DNA of 64,000 nucleotides, taken from assembly GCA_963725865.1 (NCBI GenBank), contig CAVSAC010000014.1, positions 1,312,001 through 1,376,000 of the forward strand, in the 5' to 3' direction. Positions 30,556 through 41,044 of the stretch are shown here, one piece after another; position 1 is the first letter of the stretch; each line of letters opens with the position of its first letter. The position numbers and the translations under genes are program-made. The DNA comes from Candidatus Eiseniibacteriota bacterium. Lineage in GTDB: Bacteria > Eisenbacteria > RBG-16-71-46. The notes below the pieces were generated by a model, which was not told the origin of the DNA, made no database searches, and saw only the letters and a list, made by a program, of their open reading frames with translations.

Positions 30556-30794
30556 GGCCGGCCTCCGCAGAGCGGGTGGTGACCGGGAGACGAACGGACG
30601 GGAACGAGCGTGGCACGCGACACGCCGGGGCAAGAGTAGCACCGCAGGTGGCCGCCGCGTCGTGCGACCCGCGTGCTACCCTGCGCACCGCTCCAGCCGA
30701 GCGGGTGTCGACGGGCGAGCCCGCGGGCAACTCCGCCCACCGCGTCCACGTATACCTGCCGGATGTGAACGGATTCCCCCACCGGAGGTCGACC

Positions 30795-31772
30795 ATGACC
30801 GTGACCTACGCCCCGGCGCTGCAGCGCTCGTGGGCGCGCGTGCAGCGTCTGCTGTTCTCCCCGTTCCGGCTCGAGGTGTGGCTGGTGCTCGGGTTCGCCG
30901 CGTTCCTGTCGGAGTGGCTCTCGGGCGGCGCCGGGAGCGGCTTCGGCGGCCGCAGCGGCCACGGGCCCGGCGTCCGCTGGCGGGGCGGCGCGCCGGACGT
31001 CGCGCCGGCGCTCGACCACGTGCGCGACTTCCTGCACAACCCGTTCTGGATGGGCGTGCTGGTGTGGCTGCTGCTGGCGGTCGTCGTCGTCGTGCTGCTC
31101 TACGAGTGGGTCCACGCGCGCGGGAAGTTCATCTTCCTCGACGGCGTCGTGCGCGAGCGGGCGGCGATCGTCGAGCCCTGGAAGCGCCTCGCGCGCCTCG
31201 GGAACTCGCTGTTCATGTTCCGGATCCTCCTGCTGCTGTTCGCGCTGGTCACCATCGGCGGGCTCGGCTTGATCACCATGGGGGCCGGCCTGCGCGAGCT
31301 GTTCATGGAGCGCGCCGACTTCCATCTGGTGCTGCCGGCGCTGATCGGCGGGATGGTGCTGGTGGGCGCGCTGTTCGCGCTCGTGGGCCTCACGTTCATG
31401 CTGCTCGACACGTTCGTGGTGCCCATCATGTACCGCCACGACATCGGCGTGACCGTGGCGTGGGGGCGCTTCCTGCCGCTGCTGGGCCGGCAGTTCCTCC
31501 CGTTCGTGCTGTACGTGCTGCTGGTGTGGGTACTCAACGTCCTGGCGGTGGTGCTGATCCTGATGCTCGGATTCATGACGTGCTGCGTGGGCTTCCTGAT
31601 CGCGAGCGCTCCCTACGTGGGGCAGGTGGTGCTGCTGCCGATCCACGTGTTCTTCCGCGGCCTCGGCCCCGAGTTCCTGACGCAGTTCGGCTCCGACTTC
31701 GACGTGTTCGCGATGGCGCGGCCGGCCCCCGCGGCCCCCGCGGCCCCCGCGGCGCCCGGGCCGACTGCATGA
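30795..31772 (+). CDS. Multi-TM membrane protein of unknown function
   Basis: GGAGG SD; several TM helices (WLVLGFAAFL; FVVPIMY). Confidence 0.75.
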   Translation: MTVTYAPALQRSWARVQRLLFSPFRLEVWLVLGFAAFLSEWLSGGAGSGFGGRSGHGPGVRWRGGAPDVAPALDHVRDFLHNPFWMGVLVWLLLAVVVVVLLYEWVHARGKFIFLDGVVRERAAIVEPWKRLARLGNSLFMFRILLLLFALVTIGGLGLITMGAGLRELFMERADFHLVLPALIGGMVLVGALFALVGLTFMLLDTFVVPIMYRHDIGVTVAWGRFLPLLGRQFLPFVLYVLLVWVLNVLAVVLILMLGFMTCCVGFLIASAPYVGQVVLLPIHVFFRGLGPEFLTQFGSDFDVFAMARPAPAAPAAPAAPGPTA

Positions 31773-32212
31773 ACGCGGTGCCGATCGCCGGCGGCGTGGC
31801 GGCGCGCGCGTCCCGCGCGCCGCGCGCCGCATGGGCCGGCTGGCTGCTCGTCGCGCTCGCCGGCGTGCTCGCGGTGCTGGCGCTGCGCTCGGCGGCAGCA
31901 GCCGCGGCGGCGGCCGCGCCTTCCGTTTGCGCGCTGCGCGACCTGGCCGGGCTCGCGTGTCCGACCTGCGGCTTCACCCGCGCGAGCGTGGCCCTCGCCC
32001 ACGGCGACTGGCGCGGCTCGCTCGCGCTGCACCCGGGCGCGCTGGCGCTGGCGGCACAACTGCTCGTGGGCTGGCTCGCCGCTGGCGCGTGGCTCGCGGG
32101 CGCGCTGCGCTCGCGGCCCGACCGCTGGATTCCGCACGTGGTGGCGCTGGACGTGGCGGCGCTCGTGCTGCTGTGGGCGCTGCGCGCCACGACCGGCGCG
32201 CTGCCCGGCTGA
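31769..32212 (+). CDS. DUF2752-like membrane protein
   Basis: CALRDLAGLACPTCGFTRA..LAHGDW..SLALHP motif; ATGA overlap. Confidence 0.75.
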   Translation: MNAVPIAGGVAARASRAPRAAWAGWLLVALAGVLAVLALRSAAAAAAAAAPSVCALRDLAGLACPTCGFTRASVALAHGDWRGSLALHPGALALAAQLLVGWLAAGAWLAGALRSRPDRWIPHVVALDVAALVLLWALRATTGALPG

Positions 32213-32260
32213 ACGTCCGCCGCCAGGGCGCGGCGCTCCCGCGCGCCGGCGACGCCGACC

Positions 32261-32290
32261 TTGACCCGCGTTCGCGCCGCGCGCTAGCGT
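32261..32290 (+). promoter_or_regulatory. Sigma70-like promoter of the TRAP/TPAT operon
   Basis: TTGACC-N18-TAGCGT. Confidence 0.5.
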
Positions 32291-32355
32291 GCTGGTCTCG
32301 CCGCCCGCCGGGGGTGCGCTCCTCGTGCCCGGCCGCGCGGCGACGGAGGACTCCC

Positions 32356-33357
32356 TTGCCGTCACACCTCCCCACGCTCACGTCCGTCGGCTGGTTGCGG
32401 CGGGCGACGGCGCTCGGGCTGATCGCGACGCTGGCGCTCCCGCTCTCGGGGTGCTCGATCAAGCGCTACGCGATCCGGAGCCTGGCGAGCTCGCTCACGA
32501 GTGGTCCCGACGTCTACGGCACCGACAACGATCCCGAGCTGGTGCGTGACGCGCTGCCGTTCGGGCTCAAGACCATGGAGTCGCTGCTGGCCGCGGTGCC
32601 GAACCACGAAGGACTGCTGCTGATGCTCTGCCGGGGCTTCACGACCTACTCCTACGCGTTCGTGCAGTCCGAGGGCGACCTGGTGGTGAACAGCGACTAC
32701 GCGCGCGCCCAGGCGCTCCACGCCCGCGCGCTCCAGCTCGACCTGCGCGCGCGCGGCTACGGCCTGCGCGGCCTCGAGCTGCGCTACCGCGGCATCACCG
32801 AGGAGCTCCAGCAGGACCCGGCGAAGGCCGCGGCGCGCATCCAGGCGCGCGACGTCCCGATGCTGTACTGGACCGCCGCGTCGTGGGGCTCGGCGATCGC
32901 GCTCGGCAAGGACCGGCCCGAGCTGCTCGCCGACCTGCCGGCGATCCGCGCCTTGATCGAGCGCGGGCTCCAGCTCGACGAGACGTACGAGGGCGGCGCG
33001 TTCCACGAGGCCGCGATCCTGCTCGACGCCCTGCCCGAGGCGATGGGCGGCTCGATCGCGCGCGCCCGCGGACACTTCGAGCGCGCCGTCGCGCTCTCGC
33101 ACGACCAGCGGCCGGGTCCTTACGTGACGCTCGCGACGACCGTCGCGGTGCTGAAGCAGGATCGCGGCGAGTTCCGCACGCTGCTCGAGAAGGCGCTCAC
33201 GTTCGATCCCGAGCGCGACCCCTCGCAGCGCCTCTCGACCATCGTGCTCGAGCGCAAGGCGCGCGCGCTGCTGGATCGGCAGGACGAGTTCTTCATCGAA
33301 GACGCCGAACCGGATGCCTCCGCTCCCGACACCTCGCAGACCCAGGAGAACCGATGA
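32356..33357 (+). CDS. TRAP transporter TatT-component lipoprotein (TPAT system)
   Basis: GGAGG then TTG, LSGC lipobox, DPELVRDALPFGLKTMESLL, LYWTAASW; directly upstream of dctP. Confidence 0.8.
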   Translation: MPSHLPTLTSVGWLRRATALGLIATLALPLSGCSIKRYAIRSLASSLTSGPDVYGTDNDPELVRDALPFGLKTMESLLAAVPNHEGLLLMLCRGFTTYSYAFVQSEGDLVVNSDYARAQALHARALQLDLRARGYGLRGLELRYRGITEELQQDPAKAAARIQARDVPMLYWTAASWGSAIALGKDRPELLADLPAIRALIERGLQLDETYEGGAFHEAAILLDALPEAMGGSIARARGHFERAVALSHDQRPGPYVTLATTVAVLKQDRGEFRTLLEKALTFDPERDPSQRLSTIVLERKARALLDRQDEFFIEDAEPDASAPDTSQTQENR

Positions 33358-34394
33358 GCCTCGCCCGGATGCTCCGCCGCTCGCTCGCGGCGTTCCTCGT
33401 GCTCGTGCCGCTCGCCCTCGCCCTGCCGGCCGCGCCGGCCGACGCGCAGACGCAGGTCGTCAAGCTCGCCTCGCTCGTCCCCGAGGGCTCGGTGTGGGAC
33501 AAGTCGATGCGCGAGATGGGCGCCGAGTGGGGCACGGCCACCCAGAACCGCGTCACGCTGCGCGTCTATCCGGGCGGCGTCGCGGGCGACGAGCCCGACC
33601 TGGTGCGCAAGATGCGCATCGGGCAGCTGCAGGCGGCCGCGGTGACCACCGCCGGGCTCGCGAACATCGATCCGGCGTTCAACGTCTTCAACATCCCGAT
33701 GTTCTTCGTGTCGTACCCGGAGCTCTACGCGACCCTCGACAAGCTCGAGCCGGTGCTGCGGCAGCGGCTCGAGGCCAAGGGCTTCGTGCTGCTCGCCTGG
33801 GGCCACGGCGGCTGGGTGTACTTCTTCACCAAGAACCCCGTCGCGACCGTCGACGGCCTGCGCAAGACCAAGATGTTCGTGTGGGCGGGCGACGACCAGA
33901 TGGTGGCACTGTGGAAGACCATGGGCTTCCAGCCGGTGCCGCTCGCGGCCACCGACATCATGTCGAGCCTCCAGACCGGCATGATCGACTCGTACCCGAC
34001 CACGCCGCTGCTCGGCCTCACGCTGCAGTGGTACCGCTCGACCCCGAACATGGTGGGGATGGGCATGGCGCCGCTGGTCGGCGGGCTGGTGATGACCAAG
34101 CAGGCGTGGGCGAAGATCGCGCCCGCGGACCAGAAGCGGATCCTCGCCGCGTGCTCGAAGCTGGAGAAGAAGCTCGAGGTCGAGGTGCCGCGCCAGGACA
34201 CCACGGCGGTGCTCGAGATGCAGAAGCGCGGCCTCAAGGTGAACCCGGTGGTGGGCACGAACGCCGCGCAGTTCCGCGCGACCGCCGAGCAGTTCGCGGG
34301 CGGCATGAAGGGCATCCGCGTGCCGCCCGACGTGCTCGAGCTGGCGCGCCGCGAGCGCGACGCGTTCCGGGCGCGGACCGGGGGCGCGCATTGA
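33354..34394 (+). CDS. dctP: TRAP substrate-binding protein DctP (TatP)
   Basis: KLASLVPEGSVW, YPGGVAGDEPDLVRKMRIGQL, LQTGMID. Confidence 0.88.
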   Translation: MSLARMLRRSLAAFLVLVPLALALPAAPADAQTQVVKLASLVPEGSVWDKSMREMGAEWGTATQNRVTLRVYPGGVAGDEPDLVRKMRIGQLQAAAVTTAGLANIDPAFNVFNIPMFFVSYPELYATLDKLEPVLRQRLEAKGFVLLAWGHGGWVYFFTKNPVATVDGLRKTKMFVWAGDDQMVALWKTMGFQPVPLAATDIMSSLQTGMIDSYPTTPLLGLTLQWYRSTPNMVGMGMAPLVGGLVMTKQAWAKIAPADQKRILAACSKLEKKLEVEVPRQDTTAVLEMQKRGLKVNPVVGTNAAQFRATAEQFAGGMKGIRVPPDVLELARRERDAFRARTGGAH

Positions 34395-34493
34395 CCGCCC
34401 GCGCCGCGCGGCTCGGCGGAGCGCGCGCGACCTCGGCACGCCGCGCCCCGGCGTTCCGGCGGACCGCGGGTCCGCGCTGAGCCGGGCCGCTCC

Positions 34494-36332
34494 ATGACCG
34501 ACGCCGGGACGCAGGTGCGGCGGCCGCCCGGCCGCATCGTGACGGCGCTCCACAGCGTCGAAGGCACCGTGCTGGTGGTGGCGTTCCTGCTGTCGATGGC
34601 GCTGCCGCTCATCGACGTGGTGGGCCGCCCGCTCGGCGGCTTCTTCGTGCCCGGCTCCGCGACCTACCGCGCGCAGCTCACGCTGTGGCTCGCGTTCCTC
34701 GGCGGGCTGCTCGCGGCCCGCGAGGGCCGGCACCTGACGCTCTCGACCGCCGAGGCGATCGGGCACGCGAAGGTGCGCGGTGCGGCGCGGCTGTTCGCCT
34801 CGTCGGTGGCGGCCGCGGTGTGCGCGGTGCTCGCCTTCTCGGCGTGGGGCGTGGTCGCCGCCGACCGCGTGCAGGGCGAGACGCTCGCGATCGGACTCCC
34901 CGCGTGGGTGAGCGAGTGCGTGATGCCGATCGCGCTGGCGCTGATCGCGCTGCGGCTGGCGTGGGGCGCGTCCGAGCGCTGGCGCGGCCGCCTGATCGCG
35001 TTCGGCTCGATCGGCGTGGGGTTCGCGCTCGGCCTGATCCCGATGGCGGCGCACGCGCTCTACCTGCCGCTGCTCGCGGTGATCGTGATGGCGGCGCTGG
35101 TCGGCGCGCCGGTGTTCGTCGCGATGGGCGGCTTCGCGCTGGTGCTGTTCTTCAAGGACGCGGTCCCAGTGTCGGCGGTGACCGCCGAGATCTACCGGCT
35201 CATGGTGTCGCCGACGCTGCCCGCGATCCCGCTGCTCACCGCGTGCGGCTACGTGCTCGCCGAGTCGCACGCCTCGACCCGGCTGGTGCGCTTCTTCCGC
35301 GCGCTGTTCGGCTGGATGCCGGGGGGCGTGGCGGTGCTGGTGGCGGCGGTGTGCGCGCTGTTCACCACGTTCACCGGCGGCTCCGGCATCACGATCATGG
35401 CGCTCGGCGGACTGCTCTACCCGATCCTGCGCAACGACAAGTACCCCGAAGGCTTCTCGCTCGGACTGGTGACCGCCTCCGGTAGCCTCGGACTGCTGCT
35501 GCCGCCGAGCCTGCCCGTCATCCTCTACGCCGTGGTCGCCAACGTACCCGCCGACTCGCTCTATCTGGCGGGGCTGATCCCCGGCCTGCTGCTGATCGTG
35601 TTGGTGGCGGCGTACGGCATCCGGGTTGGCGGGAAGGTCGGCTCGCCGCGCCAGTCGTTCGAACTGCGCGAGGCGCTGGTGTCCCTGTGGCAGGCGAAGT
35701 GGGAGCTGTCGGTCCCGGTGATGGTGGTCGCGCTGTTCGCCACCGGGATCGCCACCATGGTCGAGGCCGCGGCGGTGGCGTTCGCGTATGCGATCGTGGT
35801 CGAGTGCTTCGTCACCCGCGACATCCACCCGATCCGCGAGCTGCCGGGCGTGCTGCTGAAGGCCGGCGTGCTGTGCGGCGCGGTGCTCATCCTGCTCGCG
35901 AGCGCGCTCGGGCTCACGAGCTGGCTGGTCGACGCGCAGATTCCCACGGCGCTGCTGACGTTCGTGAAGACCCACATCTCGTCGCCGCACCTGTTCCTGC
36001 TGGTGCTGAACGTCGTGCTGCTGGTGCTCGGCAGCGTGCTCGAGATCTACTCGGCGATCGTCATCCTGGCGCCGCTGGTGGCGCCGATCGGCGCCGCGTT
36101 CGGCATCGACCCCGTGCATCTCGGCGTGGTGTTCCTCGCGAACCTCGAGCTGGGGTTCCTGTTCCCGCCGGTCGGGCTCAACCTGTTCCTGTCCTCGTCG
36201 CGCTTCAACAAGCCGCTGCCCGAGCTCTACCGCCACGTCGTGCCGTTCCTCATCATCCTCGGCATCGGCGTGCTGATGATCACCTACATGCCGTGGATGA
36301 CGACCGGCATCCTGAGGCTGCTGGGTAAGTAG
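34494..36332 (+). CDS. dctM: Fused TRAP permease DctQ-DctM
   Basis: N-terminal DctQ-like TMs; AIPLLT, FTGGSG, GSLGLLLPPS, DPVHLG and PPVGLNLF. Confidence 0.88.
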   Translation: MTDAGTQVRRPPGRIVTALHSVEGTVLVVAFLLSMALPLIDVVGRPLGGFFVPGSATYRAQLTLWLAFLGGLLAAREGRHLTLSTAEAIGHAKVRGAARLFASSVAAAVCAVLAFSAWGVVAADRVQGETLAIGLPAWVSECVMPIALALIALRLAWGASERWRGRLIAFGSIGVGFALGLIPMAAHALYLPLLAVIVMAALVGAPVFVAMGGFALVLFFKDAVPVSAVTAEIYRLMVSPTLPAIPLLTACGYVLAESHASTRLVRFFRALFGWMPGGVAVLVAAVCALFTTFTGGSGITIMALGGLLYPILRNDKYPEGFSLGLVTASGSLGLLLPPSLPVILYAVVANVPADSLYLAGLIPGLLLIVLVAAYGIRVGGKVGSPRQSFELREALVSLWQAKWELSVPVMVVALFATGIATMVEAAAVAFAYAIVVECFVTRDIHPIRELPGVLLKAGVLCGAVLILLASALGLTSWLVDAQIPTALLTFVKTHISSPHLFLLVLNVVLLVLGSVLEIYSAIVILAPLVAPIGAAFGIDPVHLGVVFLANLELGFLFPPVGLNLFLSSSRFNKPLPELYRHVVPFLIILGIGVLMITYMPWMTTGILRLLGK

Positions 36333-36365
36333 AGGCGACGGGCGGGCGTACATGGAGGAGGCGCG

Positions 36366-36902
36366 ATGAGTCCGCAGGGCGGGCGCACGATCCTCGTCAA
36401 CCGCGCGCCGGTGCTGACGCTGTGGGCCGCGGTCGTGGCCGCGCGACTCGGCCACGAGCACGACACCGCGCTCACGCTCGGCAAGGCGCTGGCGGGACTC
36501 AACGCGCAGTCGAAGGGGCGCCGGCTCGGCATCTTCGAGGCGAAACCGGAGTCGGAGAGGTCGCGTCGCGCGCGGCCGTCCGCCGAGGCCGACACCGTCG
36601 AACTGATGGGGCGCCGGATCCCGGTCGCGCGCACGCGGCAGGGGCTGCGCGCGGCGGTCGCGGGCCGCGCCGAGGACCCGGCCGCGGTCGAGCGCTACCT
36701 CGAGCAGAAGTTCGGCGAGGATCTCGACGAAGCGCGCGCGGCGATGACCGCTCTCGCGAAGGCAATCCCCAGGGCCGAGCTGGCCGAGCGCGCGTTCGCG
36801 CTCTACGAGGCGTTCCGCCCCGGCGTGCCCGCCGGCCAGCGCGGCTGGGGCGCCAAAGGCGCGCTGGACTTGGGCAGACTCGCGTCGTTGGCGCGGGGCT
36901 GA
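36366..36902 (+). CDS. Conserved hypothetical protein
   Basis: GGAGGAGG SD; VNRAPVLTLWA..YEAFRP.VP.GQRGWGAKG. Confidence 0.7.
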   Translation: MSPQGGRTILVNRAPVLTLWAAVVAARLGHEHDTALTLGKALAGLNAQSKGRRLGIFEAKPESERSRRARPSAEADTVELMGRRIPVARTRQGLRAAVAGRAEDPAAVERYLEQKFGEDLDEARAAMTALAKAIPRAELAERAFALYEAFRPGVPAGQRGWGAKGALDLGRLASLARG

Positions 36903-37019
36903 CCGCGCTCGCCGCACGAGCGCCGCGGCGACTTGTCCTCCAGTCCGCCCCCGCTCGCATGCTAGGCTGCGCCGGTCGCGCCGCACCCTCGACCGGGGTG
37001 GTCCTCACGAGATCCTCGC

Positions 37020-38990
37020 ATGCGCCGCTCGATCCTCGTCGTGCTCCCGGTGCTCGCCCTGCTGAGCGTGGCGCCGCCGCCCTCCTCCGCCGCCCGCTCC
37101 GCCGCGCGCTCCGCGCCGGACACCACCGCGCGCACCGCGCTGCTGCTGCGCTGGGCCGGTGAGGCGCTCGATGAAGGCTCGCTGGATTCGCGCCAGCGCG
37201 CGGTGCGGCTGCTCGACGAGGTGCTGCGGCGCGATCCCGCGCTCCCGCTCGCCTGGCTCGAGCGCGGGCGCGCGAACGAGTTGGGCGGCTTCGCTCGCGA
37301 GGCGCGCGGATGTTACGCGCACGCGATCGAGCTGGCGCCGGCGGACGCCGAGGGCTTCCTGCGCCTCGGCATGGCGTGGCGCCGCGAGTGGCTGCGATGG
37401 CTCGACGCGGCGGCGCGTGACAGCGCGGTGGCGGAGTTCGAAGCCGTGATCGACCGTCGTCCGAACTCCTACGAGGCGCGCATGCGGCTGGTGCCGCTGC
37501 TCGCCGAGCGCGGCGAGCCCGGGCGCGCGATGGCGCTGGCCGAGCAGGCCGCCGACCTGCGCCCGCGGGCGGGCGAGCCGGCACTCGCGGTCGCGTATCT
37601 CGCGTACCGGCGCGGCGAGCTCGAGCGCGCCGACAGCCTGTTCCGCTGGGCGATCGACCGGCTGCCCGCCGGGCTGCGCGGGCGCTTCGAGGACGTGACG
37701 CCGCTGTTCGGCGATGCGGGCGAGGAACTCGCCGCGCTGCGGCCCGCGGAGCGCGCGGCCGAACTGGCGCGGCGCTGGCAGCGGCTCGATCCCGATCCCA
37801 CCACGCGGCAGAACGAGATGCGGCTGGAGTTCTGGTCGCGCGTCACTCACGCGTGGCTGATGTTCGACGATCCGCTGATGGGCGGGCCCGACGCGCGCGC
37901 CGAGGTGTACGTGCGCTACGGGCCGCCGCAGGGAACGGGGGTCAATCCGCCCGGCATCCCGCTCTACACGCGCCACTGGAACCCGGGCTTGATCGAGATG
38001 GTGAAGCGGGGCGGCCACTACATCGATCCGGCGGAGTATCCGCTCGATGCGGTCGCGATGCCCTATCCCGACCTCGGGATGCAGGTGGTGCTTCAGGACC
38101 GCGGGCTCCGGGGTCGCTACGACTGGCCGATGGACCGCTACGGCTCCTACGCGGAGCAGGCGCGGCCCGATCCCCGGCGGCTCGCCGGCCGCGACGACCT
38201 GATCGCGCTCGGCGACGGCTTCGCGGTGTTCCCGACGCTGCCGCCGCCCGCGCAGCGGCTCGAGGTGCGCGGCGCGCTCGCGGGCTTCGAGGACGAGCGC
38301 GGCCCGCGCCTGTTCGCGCAGGTGAACGTGCCGGCGGAGCCCGGCGATTCGCTGACCGCGGTGTGGGTGGTGCGCGACACCAGCGGACGCGAGCGGCTGC
38401 GCCAGGAGCAGCGGCTCGCCACCTCGGTGTGCGACCCGGCGGGCCATCGGATCGCCGAGCTGAACGCCGCGCTGCCCGCGGGCGCGTTCGACCTCGCGGT
38501 CTCGGTGCGCGACACGCACCACCGGCGCGGGCTCTATCGCGCGCAGGCCGAGATGGCGCCGCCGCCGGACTCGCTCGCGTTGAGCGACGTGGTGCTGACG
38601 TGCGGCGAGCCCGCGCTGCTGGTGGAGGGACGCTCGATCCGGCTCGAGGCGGATCGCGACGCGGTGATCGCGCGCGGCGCGCCGCTGGTGGCGTACTTCG
38701 AGATCTACCGGCTGGCGGCCGGCGCGGACGGATTGTCGACGTTCGAGGTCGAGTACACGGCGCGCCGGCTGCGCGAGACGCCGGAGGGCCGGCTCAAGCC
38801 CGAGGCCGCCGCCGCGCTGGCGTCGCCCTCCGCGAGCCGCGAGGAGACCCAGGTGGAGCGCATGCGGCGGCAGTTCCTGACGGTGCCGGCGCAGTCGCTG
38901 ACCCCCGGGCGCTACCGGCTCGAGATCCGCGTGCGCGACATGGTGTCGGGGCGCGTCGCGCGACGCGAAGTCGAGTTCACGAGGGAATGA
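37020..38990 (+). CDS. Exported TPR protein with GWxTD-like domain
   Basis: Signal peptide, TPRs, WQRLDPDPTT..NE..EFWSRV..A...F...DARAEVYVRYGPP; C-terminal PGRYRLEIRVRD Ig-like strand. Confidence 0.7.
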   Translation: MRRSILVVLPVLALLSVAPPPSSAARSAARSAPDTTARTALLLRWAGEALDEGSLDSRQRAVRLLDEVLRRDPALPLAWLERGRANELGGFAREARGCYAHAIELAPADAEGFLRLGMAWRREWLRWLDAAARDSAVAEFEAVIDRRPNSYEARMRLVPLLAERGEPGRAMALAEQAADLRPRAGEPALAVAYLAYRRGELERADSLFRWAIDRLPAGLRGRFEDVTPLFGDAGEELAALRPAERAAELARRWQRLDPDPTTRQNEMRLEFWSRVTHAWLMFDDPLMGGPDARAEVYVRYGPPQGTGVNPPGIPLYTRHWNPGLIEMVKRGGHYIDPAEYPLDAVAMPYPDLGMQVVLQDRGLRGRYDWPMDRYGSYAEQARPDPRRLAGRDDLIALGDGFAVFPTLPPPAQRLEVRGALAGFEDERGPRLFAQVNVPAEPGDSLTAVWVVRDTSGRERLRQEQRLATSVCDPAGHRIAELNAALPAGAFDLAVSVRDTHHRRGLYRAQAEMAPPPDSLALSDVVLTCGEPALLVEGRSIRLEADRDAVIARGAPLVAYFEIYRLAAGADGLSTFEVEYTARRLRETPEGRLKPEAAAALASPSASREETQVERMRRQFLTVPAQSLTPGRYRLEIRVRDMVSGRVARREVEFTRE

Positions 38991-39169
38991 CCCGCGGGGA
39001 CGGGCGCTCGTCGCGGGCCGCTCGCCCTGCCGACGAACACGCCTGCGATCGGCGGGCGCTCGGCGCTCGGCCATTGCCAGCCCACCGCGCCCGCGGGTAA
39101 CGTGCGGCCGCGGCCGCGCCCCTTCGCGTTGGCCTTCCCTCATCCCGCCGAGCGGGAGCGAGCCTGACG

Positions 39170-41029
39170 ATGCGCATCCTGTTCCACGTCGAGCCCCTCG
39201 TGATGCACGGCCGGCCGTTCCACTACGGGGCGTGGCTCGACCGCGCGGCCGCGATGGCCCGCACGCTCGCGGGGCGGGGGCACGCGTTCCGCTTCGTGCT
39301 CAACGAGGCGCTCGCCGAGCGCGCGTGCGCGCCGCTCGAGGCGGCGCGCGCCGGGGATCCGCGCCGCGGCCAGGGACTGTCGCGGGATTGGGTGGTGGCG
39401 GTGAGCCAGGACGAGGTGCGCCATCACTTCAACGTCCCGAACATGGCGATCCTCGACGGGTTCCATCAGGGACGCCTACCGGCCGAGAAGGTGGCGGCGT
39501 GCGGCCAGGCCCTGCGCGCGCGGCTCGCGGGGTTCGTGCCCGACGTGATCGTCACCTACACCCCGGCCGCGCACCTGAAGGCCGCGTTTCCCGGCGCGCT
39601 GCTGCTGCACTCGGAGAACGGCATGTTCTCGCGCGCGCCGTTCCCGTCCACGCAATCCTTCGATCCGCTCGGGCTCTACCTGCGCTCGCTGCTCGGCACC
39701 CACGCGCGGGAGCTGCTGGCGCGCCGGGCCGGCGACGACGAGCGCGCGTGGCTCGACGCGTGCCGCGCGTCGTTCCGCGCCTGGCTGCTGGCGAGCTCGC
39801 CGTTCCACGGGCTCGAGCAGGCGCTGCGCGCGCGGTACCGGCGCCTGGCGCTGCTGCCCCTGCAGTTCGGGGGCGAGCCGGGCTTCGATCTCAACGGCCC
39901 GTTCCGCGGCCAGGTCGAGCTGCTGCTCCACGTGCTCGAGCGCCTGCCGGAGGGCATCGGCCTGATCGTCACCGAGCATCCCACCGCGCGCCGGCTCGGC
40001 GAGGGGATCGACGCGGAGACCCGGGCCTGGGTGCGCGCGCGGTGGCCGCAGGTGGCGTGGGTGGAACCCGACGTGATGGCGGACGGCAGTCAGGCGCTGA
40101 TGCTGCACGTGGACGACGTGATCGGGCCGTCCTCCTCGCTCGCCCAGCAGGCGCTGTTCTGGCGCAAGCCGCTGGTCGGCCTCGGCTGGGGACTCGCGCG
40201 CGCGTACGCGTCGCTCGATGGCGTCGAGCTGCTCGATCCCGCGCGGCCGCGCGACGAGGAGGTGGACCGCGACGGCGCGGTGGCGTGGATGATGAAGCGC
40301 TACTTCGTGCCCGACTCGCTCTGCCTGCACGACGCGCCGTGGATCGAGCGCTTCCTCGAGCGTTCGCGCGAGCGCCACGCGTCGGGCCGGCTGGGGCTCT
40401 CGTTCTTCGATCCGGTCGCCGACGATGCCACGCTCGTCACGCTGCACGCGGCACCCGCGGCGCCGCCCGCGCGTCCGGCGGTGACGGCGGACCTGCTGCG
40501 CGATGGGTCGTTCGAGGACTGGCACGGTGCCCGCGGCGCCGAGCAGCCGCGCCACTGGCGGTTCATCGCCGGCCGCGGCGCGAACGCCCGCGTGCGTCCC
40601 GGCAGCGCCGCCGACGCCCCGCCCGGGATCGGCGCCGGACCGGCGCGGCCCGCGCGCATCGAGCGCGCGGCGGGCGGCGACGAAGCGTCGCTGCTGCTGC
40701 AGCGCATCGCCGACGTCGAACGACTCTCGGGCGCGTTCGTGACGGTGTCGTTCTGGGCGCGCGGCTCGACCGGCTCGGAGCTGGCGACCTACCTGCATCA
40801 GCAGCTCGACACCCCCGGTGTGGTGGGGGAGAGCACCGCCGCCCGGTCGTTCGCGCTCGAGGGCGAGTGGCGCCGCTTCGACTACACCACCACGGTGCCG
40901 GTGGCGCCCGGCTCGCCGCGCGGCCCGTCCCCTCACACCGAGATGGTGTTCGCGGTGGCGCCCGCCGACGGCGAGCAATGGGTGGAAGTGGCGGGGATCA
41001 CGCTCGGGCCGGGGCGGATCGACGCGTAG
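39170..41029 (+). CDS. Capsule-synthesis (KpsS/KpsC-like) glycosyltransferase domain fused to a C-terminal CBM-like beta-sandwich
   Basis: ENG, LLPLQ, VTEHP, SSSLAQQALFWRKP motifs; C-terminal LLRDGSFEDW..VTVSFWARG..EWRRF. Confidence 0.55.
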   Translation: MRILFHVEPLVMHGRPFHYGAWLDRAAAMARTLAGRGHAFRFVLNEALAERACAPLEAARAGDPRRGQGLSRDWVVAVSQDEVRHHFNVPNMAILDGFHQGRLPAEKVAACGQALRARLAGFVPDVIVTYTPAAHLKAAFPGALLLHSENGMFSRAPFPSTQSFDPLGLYLRSLLGTHARELLARRAGDDERAWLDACRASFRAWLLASSPFHGLEQALRARYRRLALLPLQFGGEPGFDLNGPFRGQVELLLHVLERLPEGIGLIVTEHPTARRLGEGIDAETRAWVRARWPQVAWVEPDVMADGSQALMLHVDDVIGPSSSLAQQALFWRKPLVGLGWGLARAYASLDGVELLDPARPRDEEVDRDGAVAWMMKRYFVPDSLCLHDAPWIERFLERSRERHASGRLGLSFFDPVADDATLVTLHAAPAAPPARPAVTADLLRDGSFEDWHGARGAEQPRHWRFIAGRGANARVRPGSAADAPPGIGAGPARPARIERAAGGDEASLLLQRIADVERLSGAFVTVSFWARGSTGSELATYLHQQLDTPGVVGESTAARSFALEGEWRRFDYTTTVPVAPGSPRGPSPHTEMVFAVAPADGEQWVEVAGITLGPGRIDA

Positions 41030-41044
41030 TCGCGCCGCGCGGCC

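Noticed and set aside
31724..31750. 3 x 9-bp tandem repeat GGCCCCCGC
   Set aside because: It is an in-frame low-complexity Ala-Pro-Ala tail of a membrane protein.
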